A stretch of 64,000 nucleotides of DNA from Candidatus Woesearchaeota archaeon (GCA_016185705.1 JACPMZ010000003.1:74900-138899), one strand, 5' to 3'. Shown: positions 9,780-20,049, counted from the first letter of the stretch. The notes: a model not told the origin generated them from the letters alone. Translations and numbers: made by a program.

Positions 9780-11282
9780 TCAAAGAAATGCATTCAACAC
9801 TACTTGCTGTCTGGATAAATAATACTGCTCAACAAGATGATCAGGTAGAGGTAGCCTTTCTAAATTTCTAGGTTCAACCTTTACAGCTCCAGAACCATAA
9901 CTCTTACCAACCAATTTTAGATTCTCAATGGTTTCTGGGTGATTCAAAATCTCCCATAATGCATTAATGTACTTCTCATCATTTCTCTTAGGGTATACGC
10001 ATAAAAACCCAGTCAGGGGAACAACCCCCGCTTCATTTTTGATAAATCTTGAATTTCTACGACCTAAATACGCAAATAGCAATGCAGGAGTCTCTCTTCT
10101 CTCCATATAGTACCATTTCTTTCTTTGCTTAATCAATGCTCTGTTAGGTAAATCTAACTTAACTCCTTTTTTTATATAGTTAGCTAATGTTTCAGGAAGG
10201 TTCTCACACTGTTGATTTATTGATAATAAATATGTTGGTCGCCCTTTATCTTCAAGTTCTCGTATATCTTCTTTGCTCAGCAGATTACCTGTTGCATCTC
10301 TCGTTCTACCGATTGCTAATTTTAAAAAATTTTTTGGTATTTGCAGTTCCTCCACTTGTTCTTTTGTAAGAAAAAAAAATTCGTTTGCTCCTGTAGCAAT
10401 CCCTCTCATCACATTAGCAAAATCGCTTAGATGATACTTGAATCCATTATTTAGTTGTTGAGGTCGTGATAGTCCAGTCTCTAAAGCCTCTTTTAATGTT
10501 CTTGTTGTTATTTCAAGATTGTTTAATGACCTATCCTGGAAATCAGACTCTGCAAAATTGTAAAGGTCATCTGTATCAGCTTTATTTACTCTTACCCATT
10601 TAATTTCTTTTTTTTGCATCTCTTTTTTTATGAAAAATATAACTGCATTTGTATCTATTGACGGAAAGGGTGTTGCTTTTTCATCAAAGGTAATTACACA
10701 CTCTAAAGAAAAATTTCTGGTTATCCAATTCCATAATCGTTTAGCAAAAGTTCCCTCGCATGTATCTGCCGGCATAATAAATGCTAATCTTCCTTTATTC
10801 TCCAATAAGCTTAAAGCCTGAATAAGAAAATAGATATGATAACCGGCACGCCCATCGATTATTACTCCTGTCTTCTTTTTAGATAATTGTTTTAAAAATA
10901 GTTTTGTTTCTTTATCTATTCTGTGATGTCTAATATAAGGGGGATTAGCAACAACTGCCTTAAATCTTTCATTTGGTGGATTCTTTAAGAAATCTCTCTG
11001 TTCGACATGGCAATTTACTTCCTTGTAGATATCTTCTTTAAGAACTTCTATATCAATGTCTATTCCGTAGAAATTAGTATTTTTACTTCTATCAATTTCA
11101 TTCAATGCTTTCAGGAATGCACCGCTTCCGGTCCCGGGGTCGAATATCTTGCTTGAATTTTTCTTTACGTAAGAAACCATAGCTTTAGCTACCCAATTTG
11201 GTGTCCAGAATTGACCCTTATTCCTCAATTTTTCTCTTTCTTCGTGTTTTGTCGGTATCTTCTGACTTGCCATTTGAATCAT
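9780..11282 (-). CDS. Type II N6-adenine DNA methyltransferase
   Basis: GQFWTP, FDPGTGSG (motif I) and ANPPY (motif IV), in gamma-class order. Coupled to the upstream endonuclease by an ATGA overlap. Confidence 0.92.
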   Translation of the reverse strand: MIQMASQKIPTKHEEREKLRNKGQFWTPNWVAKAMVSYVKKNSSKIFDPGTGSGAFLKALNEIDRSKNTNFYGIDIDIEVLKEDIYKEVNCHVEQRDFLKNPPNERFKAVVANPPYIRHHRIDKETKLFLKQLSKKKTGVIIDGRAGYHIYFLIQALSLLENKGRLAFIMPADTCEGTFAKRLWNWITRNFSLECVITFDEKATPFPSIDTNAVIFFIKKEMQKKEIKWVRVNKADTDDLYNFAESDFQDRSLNNLEITTRTLKEALETGLSRPQQLNNGFKYHLSDFANVMRGIATGANEFFFLTKEQVEELQIPKNFLKLAIGRTRDATGNLLSKEDIRELEDKGRPTYLLSINQQCENLPETLANYIKKGVKLDLPNRALIKQRKKWYYMERRETPALLFAYLGRRNSRFIKNEAGVVPLTGFLCVYPKRNDEKYINALWEILNHPETIENLKLVGKSYGSGAVKVEPRNLERLPLPDHLVEQYYLSRQQVVLNAFL

Positions 11283-12214
11283 GCTTTTTCCAAAACATCC
11301 AATGCTTCCTGAGTAATGTCCATTAAGCCTCCATTAAAAGTAACATAAGGCAATATGTGGCCATTTTTATCTTCAATATACTGAGGCACTAACTCCGGTT
11401 TACTTTTTGAGATGCCCAGTTGATAAGCATAAAGATAATATATTTTGTATATGGCTTTACTTGTAGTTGCTCCACCTGGAGCTTGGAAAACTTGGATAGT
11501 TTGCTGAATTAATCCTTCGTCGAACAATCTTTCAGCTTCATCCAGAGCTATACCGTATGCTCTGTCAAAGAATACATGCCAGATATGTATGGGGATCTTA
11601 TTCTGGCTCTGCCATTTTTTTAATGGGGCTCTATCTTCCTCTTTTATAATTACTGTTGGAACAACTGCAGTTTTCTTCAGACCCATTTTTCCTTCCAATC
11701 GCTTCCGGGGAGTAAGTTCACTTCCATAGTCTGGCATTTTCTCAGCCACCCAAAGAGAATTTTCACATTCAACAGCAATTATTGCTTTTTGGATAAGTTC
11801 TTTCATCTCATCTTCTTTAATGAACGGAAGTTCGCTTGCCCCACCAACTTTACCAAGAAATTTGTCAACAAAAGCTTTATCTCCTATTTTGAAAACAAGT
11901 ATATCTGGTCTCTTAATATCTCCTAAACCTGCTTTTTCAAGTCTCTCGAAATATAATTCAAAGGCTCTAACATCATCAGTTGGCGCTGTTCCACTTGGCC
12001 CATAAGGGATTGCATAGAATTTTCTAGTTTTATTAACTGCTTCTATTACTCGTTTCTCACTCCACACTCCTTGCGACCAACGCATCAAAAAATCACTACC
12101 TCTTAATCTTCTCGGATTAAGCAAGAAATTTGACCAACCCACCTCCTTTAAACCTCTAAGTTCTAGTTCAATATCCTCGAGCATTACACTCAGTATCTTC
12201 TCAAACGGATGCAT
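11279..12214 (-). CDS. Type II restriction endonuclease, probably AccI family
   Basis: PD-(D/E)xK-like core (KRPDILVF...AVECENS) directly upstream of the MTase. The family assignment is from recall of the SQGVWSE / YGPSG pattern. Confidence 0.72.
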   Translation of the reverse strand: MHPFEKILSVMLEDIELELRGLKEVGWSNFLLNPRRLRGSDFLMRWSQGVWSEKRVIEAVNKTRKFYAIPYGPSGTAPTDDVRAFELYFERLEKAGLGDIKRPDILVFKIGDKAFVDKFLGKVGGASELPFIKEDEMKELIQKAIIAVECENSLWVAEKMPDYGSELTPRKRLEGKMGLKKTAVVPTVIIKEEDRAPLKKWQSQNKIPIHIWHVFFDRAYGIALDEAERLFDEGLIQQTIQVFQAPGGATTSKAIYKIYYLYAYQLGISKSKPELVPQYIEDKNGHILPYVTFNGGLMDITQEALDVLEKA

Positions 12215-12224
12215 TTTTTATCAT

Positions 12225-12626
12225 CTACTTTTCCAAATATATATAATCAGAGGGGGTAATGTTAATTATAGACCTCCCCATTAATACTGTTCCCCATCTC
12301 AAAGTATTCTTGAATATAGATAAATTAGCAGGAATATTTTTCCCGCTTGACCAATTGTTTATTTCAATGGGGTTTTTTAAGATTAATTTAGGTTCGATAT
12401 CAATATAATATTTAAATTGCTTATTCCTAAATCTTACTTTTTTCTGAGAAGGTATTGACTTTATTTCAAACGTGGCACAAATTCTTTTAGGTATAAGATA
12501 GATGACTAAACGATCCCCTTTTTTGATTAAATTGTATTGATTTTCAGATTTTACTGCATAAATATTATTGGATTGAATTTTTTCCCAATTCTCCTCATCA
12601 GTTAGAGCTAACCAATACTTAGTCAT
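12225..12626 (-). CDS. EVE (PUA-like) domain protein
   Basis: N-terminal YWLALTDEENW and IKKGDRLVIY motifs are typical of EVE domains. Confidence 0.75.
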   Translation of the reverse strand: MTKYWLALTDEENWEKIQSNNIYAVKSENQYNLIKKGDRLVIYLIPKRICATFEIKSIPSQKKVRFRNKQFKYYIDIEPKLILKNPIEINNWSSGKNIPANLSIFKNTLRWGTVLMGRSIINITPSDYIYLEK

Positions 12627-12777
12627 TTATTATCACTTTTTTGTTAGATTTATCTAATTCATTTCTCATGAAATTTTCAAATTGCCGTGAAAGTATCCAT
12701 CCTTTTCTTTCGCAGATACTTTTGTAATCATCATAAACCTGCTCATCAACACTTAATGATATTACTTTTTTTGCCAT
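12619..12777 (-). CDS. Ribbon-helix-helix regulator, possibly controlling the RM operon
   Basis: MAKKVISLSVDEQVYDDYKSICERKGWILSRQFENFMR shows a beta-strand/helix/helix RHH pattern. Confidence 0.65.
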   Translation of the reverse strand: MAKKVISLSVDEQVYDDYKSICERKGWILSRQFENFMRNELDKSNKKVIIND

Positions 12778-12779
12778 TT

Positions 12780-12944
12780 TTATCCCTTTGAAAACCTTAA
12801 ACCAAGCCACGTGAATAAACAGCCTATAAGAAAAATTACAACTTTAGTTCCGAAAGGATCTTTTCCAAAAAATGAATACAAAACAGCTCCAAATCCAATG
12901 ATTACAGCCGCTGCGGTTCCACTTATAAGTTTTGTATCTCCCAC
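12780..12944 (-). CDS. Small 2-TM membrane protein (54 aa)
   Basis: GTG start, MGDTKLISGTAAAVIIGFGAVLYSFFGKDPFGTKVVIFLIGCLFTWLGLRFSKG*. Ends 2 nt before the RHH ATG. Below the ORF-track cutoff. Confidence 0.55.
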   Translation of the reverse strand: MGDTKLISGTAAAVIIGFGAVLYSFFGKDPFGTKVVIFLIGCLFTWLGLRFSKG

Positions 12945-13120
12945 CCAATCACCTTATTTATGTTTATATAAGCGTAAATATCCAGGTATATAAAGTTTTC
13001 TCTGACCTGTCCAGTGACCAGTGGAAAAAATAAAATAAGCGAGTCGTTACTTCGCTCCATTTTGCCTGCAACACCCTAAGTTTACGCCTGAGGATGCTTT
13101 CCTGTTCTGAAGGTGGCAAA

Positions 13121-13175
13121 ATGACGCTTTTTAGAAAATCCGTCATAACTACTTTCAAATGATGAAACATTTATA
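13121..13175 (+). repeat. 55-bp direct repeat, copy 2
   Basis: Identical to 9515-9569. Ends in a BRE/TATA-like sequence (gaaacatttatata). Confidence 0.92.
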
Positions 13176-13260
13176 TATTCATATAAAATATCAGAGTGAG
13201 CATGCAAACATTTCCTGTCAGCAATGCTTCGGAAAACGTGCAGCAGAGGGTATAACTCCA

Positions 13261-14112
13261 ATGGCTTTGCCTGACATATTGACGCGCACACTGAGACAAA
13301 TAGCGCCGCGTAAAGCCAAGAAGCATTATATAGATCCCTGGCGTTTTTTAATTCCTCTTGTTAAAGGACAGGTATCTACGGATTATCAGCGTTTCTGGCA
13401 GAAGTACTATGCAGATTTACCCAGCCCTTCAGACAAGGATACCATTAAGCCTGGAGAGGAACCGCAATCAGCGGCATACCATTATACTGCAGTAAAGCTG
13501 TCCATACTTCAGAGTTTGAATTTAAACCCAGACCTTTATCCTAAGCGTCCCAGCGTGCTTGACATAGGCACCGGGACCGGGCATTGGATTGATTTCTATC
13601 TTGGCGAAGTGTTTAATGCTTCCCGCGTTACCGGCGTGGAAATTGCACCGTCTGCAGCAGAGTTTCTCAGAGAAAAATACAGTTCAAGAAGTGACGTTAC
13701 TATAATGGAAGCTGACATTTCAAAACCGGGTTTTTCCCTGGAAGACAAGGTCGGCATAGTTAACGCAATCGGTGTCATGTTCCATATAGTGCCTGATGAG
13801 GGATGGAAAAGAGCAATTGCGAATATTGCAAATGCTTTGGATTATAACGGGGTTATTTTGGTTGGAGGTCAGTTCAGAAGAATTCCTCCTCCTTTGGGCG
13901 GGCTTGTCCAATTTGAAAAAATACCTCCTGGGATGAATGATGAAGTTAAATACGTTGCTACCAAGAGACTTCGCTCCCTTGGCTATTGGAAAAAAATTTT
14001 AGGCGAGCATGGCCTTGAGGTTGTAGACATGATAAAAACCAAGGCACACCCCCTTATCTCAACCCCTGAGAACAACATACTGGTAGCCAGGCACAGCCGC
14101 AGCAAATTTTAA
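13261..14112 (+). CDS. Class I SAM-dependent methyltransferase
   Basis: VLDIGTGTG motif, GVEIA acidic loop and GVMFHI. The start at 13261 is inferred. Confidence 0.8.
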   Translation: MALPDILTRTLRQIAPRKAKKHYIDPWRFLIPLVKGQVSTDYQRFWQKYYADLPSPSDKDTIKPGEEPQSAAYHYTAVKLSILQSLNLNPDLYPKRPSVLDIGTGTGHWIDFYLGEVFNASRVTGVEIAPSAAEFLREKYSSRSDVTIMEADISKPGFSLEDKVGIVNAIGVMFHIVPDEGWKRAIANIANALDYNGVILVGGQFRRIPPPLGGLVQFEKIPPGMNDEVKYVATKRLRSLGYWKKILGEHGLEVVDMIKTKAHPLISTPENNILVARHSRSKF

Positions 14113-14258
14113 AGATAGAATGTGCTGAGTGATGCCTCTTACCAGGGCGTGGCTGTTCAGGAAGCTGTTATCGGCTATTTCTGTCCCACGCCCAAGACAA
14201 ACATTTATATACAATCTGTTACAAAAAGCAAGCTTACTTGAGAAAAGAGGCCATATTA

Positions 14259-17200
14259 ATGGAAGCCAGGGAAATCGCTATTATTTCGGCAGCATTTTTT
14301 CTGCTTATAGTGCTTGTATTTGCAGCCACGCCCGAGGCAGAGATGATTGTGTTTGATGACGTCCTGCAGAACGGGTTCAAGACAAACGAGTGGGAAGCGC
14401 CTGACGGGGCAACGTGCATCCTGAGCACAGCTTATACAGCAGAGAAGGCATCCGGAACTGCTTCAATACAGACAAACCTCAACAACTACTGCACAGTTTT
14501 CCTTTACAGGGATATAACCTTTGACATAGCTGATTACACGCAGGTGGAGTTTGACATATACGGCAGCAGCCCGTCGCTTACAGAATTTAACGTCAAATTG
14601 GCGACCAACTCCTACCAAACGACTGGAAGCATTGTGCCGATATCCGATTACGTCACAGTCTCAAACAAGTGGCAGCACGTAACAATACCCCTGAAAGACT
14701 TCAGCGTGGAATCCGGAACAAAAATTGCCGGAATACAATACAGGGATGCAGGAATCACAGGGCGGGGAAACGTGCTGCTTGATAACGTGAGGTTCGTCAA
14801 GATGAAGGACACCACAGGGCCTGTTCTGCAATCAGCTTCCATAACAACACAGGACTCAGTGAGGATAGACTTTGACGAGGGGCTTGATGCCACAGCCGCG
14901 AATCCAGGCAATTACCTAATCTCATCACTGACTGACTCTGCATTCGTCTTGCCCCTGGCGCCGGCGTCAGCAGAGCTGCTGAACCAAAAAGGCGTATCGC
15001 TCAAACTAAGCAAAGAGCTCAAGAACGGACACACATACATCATAGTTGTCAACAATGTAAAAGACCTGGCTGGCAACGCCATTACAGCAGGCTCATCCAT
15101 CAGCCTGCCTGTAACAATATCAGGCGTTGCGCTGAATGTGGACGCATCCAGAACCATAAGGCCCTTCAACAGCAAGATGAGGGGCGTCCAGCTGGCATGC
15201 TGGATGCACGAGCAGGGAAACAAGCCAAGCCCTGAAAATGCAGCGAACCTTGCCGAACTGACCAAACCGCTGAAGCCGGGCATAATAAGATACTGCGGCG
15301 GCTTGTGGGCTAACAACGTCGGCTGGGACAGAACCGGGCAGGCCCCCAAGGACGGGATGTGGAACTGGGTGAATCCGGACACAGCAGCAAAGCTTCCATA
15401 CAGCTACACCCACGCATACAAAGCAGCGTGGATTGACAGCCTGGGAAGGTTCCTTAAGGAAGTAGGAGCAGAGGCAATGATACAGGCAAACCTCTGCGAC
15501 AACAATCCACAAATGTGGGCAGACATGGTGAAGTATGCGAATGTTGAGAAGGGCTATGGCTTCAAATACTGGGAGCTAAGCAACGAAATTGACCTTGAAG
15601 ATGCCATAAGGGAAAAATGCTTCGGAACAACAGACAAGACTGCCTCAGCCAGGAACTATTCCAAGAGGTTTGCAGCATATACCAAAGCAATGAAGGCAGT
15701 TGACCCAAACATAAAAACAATGGGCCCTGTTACTGCAAACTACTACAGCGCACCTACTTGGTTCCCGCCGCTGGCAAATGAAATGAAAAGCCAGGGACTG
15801 AACCTTGACGTGATGTCATGGCACTGGTACCAAATATTTGATTTTTCAACAGACCCAAGCACAGAAGTGTACGATTATGGTTCACTGGCAGCGCTTCTGA
15901 ACTACAACACAGCGCTGACAAGCCAAAACAGCCCTTACAACAAAGGAGATGTCATACAGCCGCCCAGCCACGGAACAGCAGAGCACTGGGTGTACAGGTC
16001 AAGACGGGCATTCGCAGAGCACACAGCCAAAGATGCACGCTTATATGCAGCTGACTTTCCCAACGCAGAATTAGCGGTAACAGAAGCAAACTCCCACGGC
16101 TCTGATTTCACCACCTCGCTGAACGGCAACCATCTCGGGGCTGTGCGAATGGCAGACTACCTCGGAAGAGCTGCATACAACGGGCTGGACATAAACATCT
16201 GGTATGAGCTGTACGACGGCGGGGCAACCGGAATTTCTTACGGGCTGATTTATCCGGACAATGATGCCAACCCGACAAAGCTCTTCATCAGGCCAACATA
16301 TTACCCTATGCTGATGTACGCCCAGTGGTTCGGCGACACAATGGTGCAGTCTTCAACTGCTGACCCGGCACAAAATGTAGTGGTGTGGGCAAGCACCGAC
16401 ACCTTAGATTCAGGCAAACTAAAACTAATGCTCATAAACTTCAACTCAACAGTTGTAACCGCAACCGTAAACATAGCAGGGTTTACGCCCAAGAGCGGCA
16501 AATACTACCAGATGGCAAGCGCAAACCCAGCCAACCTGGACCGCTCCATGGCCAACAGCGGCGGAGAAACAACCATCAACGGATACAAACTGGATACAAC
16601 AGCAAGCAAAATCCAGCAGTCAATTGACGCCATAGCCCCAATCGCGCCATCAATAAGCGGAAACACGATAACGCAAACCCTTCAGCCGTATTCTGTAACT
16701 GCAATAGTGCTGAGTTCCACAGAATCCGTATCGCCGCAACCCCAGCAGCCAGCGCCACAGCTGCCGGATACCGCTGCGCCAATAATTTCAGCCTACTCAC
16801 CGGCAAAAGGAGAGTCCAATGTCAACAACAACAAGGCAATCAGCATGCTCATCCAGGACACAGGCGCCGGAGTGGATAAAAATTCAATAGAGCTGTTTGT
16901 CAAGGGCGTGAAGAAAACACCAGCAATAACAGGAACCAGCGCAGCATACACAGTAACATACACGCCAGAAATGCCATACCTGAACGCCGAGATAATCAAT
17001 GTACTGGTTAAAGCAAGCGACCTCTCAGGCAATCCGGCAATTGACAGCTACTACTTCACCATAGGAGGGGCTGCAATATGCTCGGACGGCATCTGCTCCT
17101 ACAGCGAAAGGGAAAGCTGCCCGCAGGACTGCGCATACGTAAAAGGAAACTTCAGCGACAGCAGCCACAACTTTGAAAACTTCAAGATGCGGATAAACAG

Positions 17201-18467
17201 CAGCGAAGACATCTACAAATACTTTGACCGCGAATTGCCCGTAGAATTCCTTGAAGAAATAAGCGGCTCAACAATTCCAAGAATAAAGTTTGACTTCAAA
17301 TTTGACATGGGCAAATTCCTTAATTTCAATGAGCTTCATTACTTCAAGCAGAAAGCAGCGGACAGAAGAGGATACCTTTACATGTCAGGGCTCAACGTTT
17401 CAGGCGAACTGAAGAGCTTCCTCATAGACCGGGTTAATGGAAGCAGCAATGCTGTCTGCATAAAGGATGCGGAAATCACAAACATAAGCGAAGTGAGCGA
17501 AGCATGCAGCCAGGCATCAGAGCAGCTTCTGATATGCGACGGGAAGCAGCGAAACGGCTACAAATGCGTGACGCAAGGCAACTACTTCAACGTGTCCGGA
17601 TTAACGCACTCAGCTGTGGTGGAATACGTGGCAGCATGCGGAAACAGCAGATGCGATGAGAGCGAATCATGCTCAAGCTGCAGCGCGGACTGCGGGGCAT
17701 GCGCTGCTGCAAGCACACCAAGCAGCTCATCCGGCGGAGGCGGAGGCGGGGGAGGCGGCGGTGGCGGTGGCGGCGGAGGCAGCAGCCAAAAGCTTTCAGA
17801 AAAAGTAACGCTGGACGGCACTCTTGAAGCAGGAAGCAGCGGAAGCTTTGCATTCAGCAAGCACATAGATGCCCTTTCAGTATACCAAGTCGATGTTGTA
17901 ACAAACTTCCAGGCAACAACACCGTCATTAACGCTGCAGGAAGTTTCGCTGTCAAAAGAAGTGCCAAGCGCCACTGACGCAGGCGAGAAGCTGTATTCAA
18001 TTGTCCAGCTTTCCCGCATCGGGCTAAGCGATGACGTTAAATCAGACATCAGGTTTAAGATAAAAAGCGAGTGGTTTATAAAAGAAGAGGTGGACGCCTC
18101 AACCATAGTGCTGAAAAAGCTGTCAGGAGACAAATGGATAAAGCTGCCAACCATTCATGCAGCCGAAGAACCGGGATACCATGCTTACAGCGCAAGCCTC
18201 ACAGGACTGTCAATATTTGCAGTGGTCGGAGGGCAGACAAAGCCAGCGCCGCAGCAGCAAACCATACAGCAGGAAAAAAGAGCTGACAAGTACGCCAATG
18301 AAATCAATGAGATTAAAGCTGAACCAATAGTCAGCAAGAAAAGGTCGTTCTTTGCGCTGAAGCAGGTATTCTCAATAATCGTGATTATGGCAGCCCTGCT
18401 CTTAGTATACGAGGTTGTGCATAAGATAAGGAAACGCAACCGGTCAGCAGAGTCCTACATTAACTGA
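14259..18467 (+). CDS. Membrane-anchored multidomain glycoside hydrolase (clan GH-A; GH44/51/79-like) with CBM-like, Ig-like and Cys-rich modules and a PGF-pre-PGF-like domain
   Basis: Signal peptide; IIRYCGG; KYWELSNEID (acid/base Glu); SWHWY; LAVTEAN (nucleophile); Gly16 linker; GLSIFAV motif; C-terminal TM with basic tail. Confidence 0.78.
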   Translation: MEAREIAIISAAFFLLIVLVFAATPEAEMIVFDDVLQNGFKTNEWEAPDGATCILSTAYTAEKASGTASIQTNLNNYCTVFLYRDITFDIADYTQVEFDIYGSSPSLTEFNVKLATNSYQTTGSIVPISDYVTVSNKWQHVTIPLKDFSVESGTKIAGIQYRDAGITGRGNVLLDNVRFVKMKDTTGPVLQSASITTQDSVRIDFDEGLDATAANPGNYLISSLTDSAFVLPLAPASAELLNQKGVSLKLSKELKNGHTYIIVVNNVKDLAGNAITAGSSISLPVTISGVALNVDASRTIRPFNSKMRGVQLACWMHEQGNKPSPENAANLAELTKPLKPGIIRYCGGLWANNVGWDRTGQAPKDGMWNWVNPDTAAKLPYSYTHAYKAAWIDSLGRFLKEVGAEAMIQANLCDNNPQMWADMVKYANVEKGYGFKYWELSNEIDLEDAIREKCFGTTDKTASARNYSKRFAAYTKAMKAVDPNIKTMGPVTANYYSAPTWFPPLANEMKSQGLNLDVMSWHWYQIFDFSTDPSTEVYDYGSLAALLNYNTALTSQNSPYNKGDVIQPPSHGTAEHWVYRSRRAFAEHTAKDARLYAADFPNAELAVTEANSHGSDFTTSLNGNHLGAVRMADYLGRAAYNGLDINIWYELYDGGATGISYGLIYPDNDANPTKLFIRPTYYPMLMYAQWFGDTMVQSSTADPAQNVVVWASTDTLDSGKLKLMLINFNSTVVTATVNIAGFTPKSGKYYQMASANPANLDRSMANSGGETTINGYKLDTTASKIQQSIDAIAPIAPSISGNTITQTLQPYSVTAIVLSSTESVSPQPQQPAPQLPDTAAPIISAYSPAKGESNVNNNKAISMLIQDTGAGVDKNSIELFVKGVKKTPAITGTSAAYTVTYTPEMPYLNAEIINVLVKASDLSGNPAIDSYYFTIGGAAICSDGICSYSERESCPQDCAYVKGNFSDSSHNFENFKMRINSSEDIYKYFDRELPVEFLEEISGSTIPRIKFDFKFDMGKFLNFNELHYFKQKAADRRGYLYMSGLNVSGELKSFLIDRVNGSSNAVCIKDAEITNISEVSEACSQASEQLLICDGKQRNGYKCVTQGNYFNVSGLTHSAVVEYVAACGNSRCDESESCSSCSADCGACAAASTPSSSSGGGGGGGGGGGGGGGGSSQKLSEKVTLDGTLEAGSSGSFAFSKHIDALSVYQVDVVTNFQATTPSLTLQEVSLSKEVPSATDAGEKLYSIVQLSRIGLSDDVKSDIRFKIKSEWFIKEEVDASTIVLKKLSGDKWIKLPTIHAAEEPGYHAYSASLTGLSIFAVVGGQTKPAPQQQTIQQEKRADKYANEINEIKAEPIVSKKRSFFALKQVFSIIVIMAALLLVYEVVHKIRKRNRSAESYIN
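17733..17780 (+). repeat. GGN codon run encoding a 16-Gly linker
   Basis: ggcggaggcggaggcgggggaggcggcggtggcggtggcggcggaggc, in frame with the hydrolase. Confidence 0.85.
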
Positions 18468-18477
18468 CGGAGGGCAA

Positions 18478-19926
18478 ATGGCATTTGAAATCGTATTCGC
18501 AACTGTTGGCATAATAATACTGCTCGGCTTCCTGAGCGACCTTATCTTTTCCAAAACCAACATTCCTGACGTTCTCTGGCTGATACTCATCGGCGTTCTG
18601 ATAGGGCCAGTGCTGAATTTTGTCAGGCCGGAATCATTGGGGCAGGCAGCAAGCATATTCACCTCATTTGCGCTGCTATTCATCCTGTTTGAAGGAGGGT
18701 TGCACATCCGCATCAAGGATTTGATGAAAAGCATGTACGGAGCAACAACACTTACAGCAATAAACTTCATGCTGACAGTAACAGCAGTAACAATAATCGC
18801 CAAATTCTTCGGGTGGAGCCTGACCAACTCGCTCCTCCTCGGCACAATCCTCGGCGGAACAAGCTCAGCAGTGGTCGTGCCAATCGTAAAGAAGCTCAAA
18901 ATGGGCAAGGACAACGCTCTCAAGCTGATACTGGAATCAGCATTTACTGACGTGCTGTGCATTGTAGCGACTTTGACAATAGTCCAAATAGTAACACTCG
19001 ATAAAGTTGACCCCGGGGCAGTTCTGAATGCGCTGTTCGGGAGCTTTGCAATAGCAATCTTCGTAGGCCTGATAGCAGGATTTCTGTGGATACTGCTGCT
19101 GGACAGATTTCAGCAACTCTCAAAATCATACATATCCACCATCGGAATCCTGCTGATAGTTTCAGGCATATCAGAATTCGCCCACTCAAGCGGCGCAATA
19201 GCAGCCCTGTCATTCGGAATAGTCATGGGCAACTCGAGGAAAATACTGTCGCTGGCAGAAGGCGTAGAAGAGGAAGCAGACCCGCTGTCATCCTCCGCAA
19301 GGGCATTCTTCTCCCAGATATCATTTTTCGTAAAAACATTCTTCTTTGTATACATAGGAATACTCGTCAGCATGACAGAATACTACCTCATATGGCTCGG
19401 ATTCCTGATTGCGGCAGCAGTATTCCTCATGAGGCCAATATCGGTGAAGTTCTCATACAAGCCGGAGCAGCCGCTTGACCGGCCGATAATGGAATCAATG
19501 ATACCAAAAGGGCTTGCAGCAGCAGTGCTTGCGCAAATACCGATGCAGATGGGCATACTCAACGCAGAGCAGCTGCTGACGCCCGTAATATCAGCCATAT
19601 TCTTCACCATAGCAATAACAACAATCATGGTATTCCTGACAGAAAAAGGAAAATACAGAGGAACAACAGCATTATACCTGAAGCTTATTGGCAAAAAATA
19701 CGGCGAGAAAAGCGGCAAAACAAACGCAGCTGCGCCCAAAAAAACTGCTGCTGCCAAAAAATCAGCCACAAAAAATACAGCTTCCGGCACCGGAAAACCA
19801 GCTTCCAAACAACAGCGAAAAAAGCAAGCCAAAGCGCCAAAGCCAGCAGCACCAAGCTCAAAGCAAGCAGGCACAGCAACAAAAGCAAGATTGCCCTCTC
19901 CCAATTCCAAGGGCAGCGGCAAATAA
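18478..19926 (+). CDS. Cation:proton antiporter (CPA1/NhaP-like) with a Lys/Ala-rich C-terminal tail
   Basis: About 12 TM segments; ILFEGG, GTSSAVV, LESAFTD and PKGLAAAVLA motifs. Confidence 0.88.
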   Translation: MAFEIVFATVGIIILLGFLSDLIFSKTNIPDVLWLILIGVLIGPVLNFVRPESLGQAASIFTSFALLFILFEGGLHIRIKDLMKSMYGATTLTAINFMLTVTAVTIIAKFFGWSLTNSLLLGTILGGTSSAVVVPIVKKLKMGKDNALKLILESAFTDVLCIVATLTIVQIVTLDKVDPGAVLNALFGSFAIAIFVGLIAGFLWILLLDRFQQLSKSYISTIGILLIVSGISEFAHSSGAIAALSFGIVMGNSRKILSLAEGVEEEADPLSSSARAFFSQISFFVKTFFFVYIGILVSMTEYYLIWLGFLIAAAVFLMRPISVKFSYKPEQPLDRPIMESMIPKGLAAAVLAQIPMQMGILNAEQLLTPVISAIFFTIAITTIMVFLTEKGKYRGTTALYLKLIGKKYGEKSGKTNAAAPKKTAAAKKSATKNTASGTGKPASKQQRKKQAKAPKPAAPSSKQAGTATKARLPSPNSKGSGK

Positions 19927-20049
19927 GCGGCGCACAGCGCAAGGAAGCAGTTCAGCGATTAAAATGGAGCAGGGCGCAGCATATGCCTGGAAAGCGGACT
20001 TAACAAATCCGCAAACTTTAAAATAAGGCAGCAAGCACTATATCCTAAC

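Noticed and set aside
17582..18154. Poly-proline ORF on the minus strand
   Set aside because: It is the antisense of the Gly16 linker in the glycoside hydrolase.
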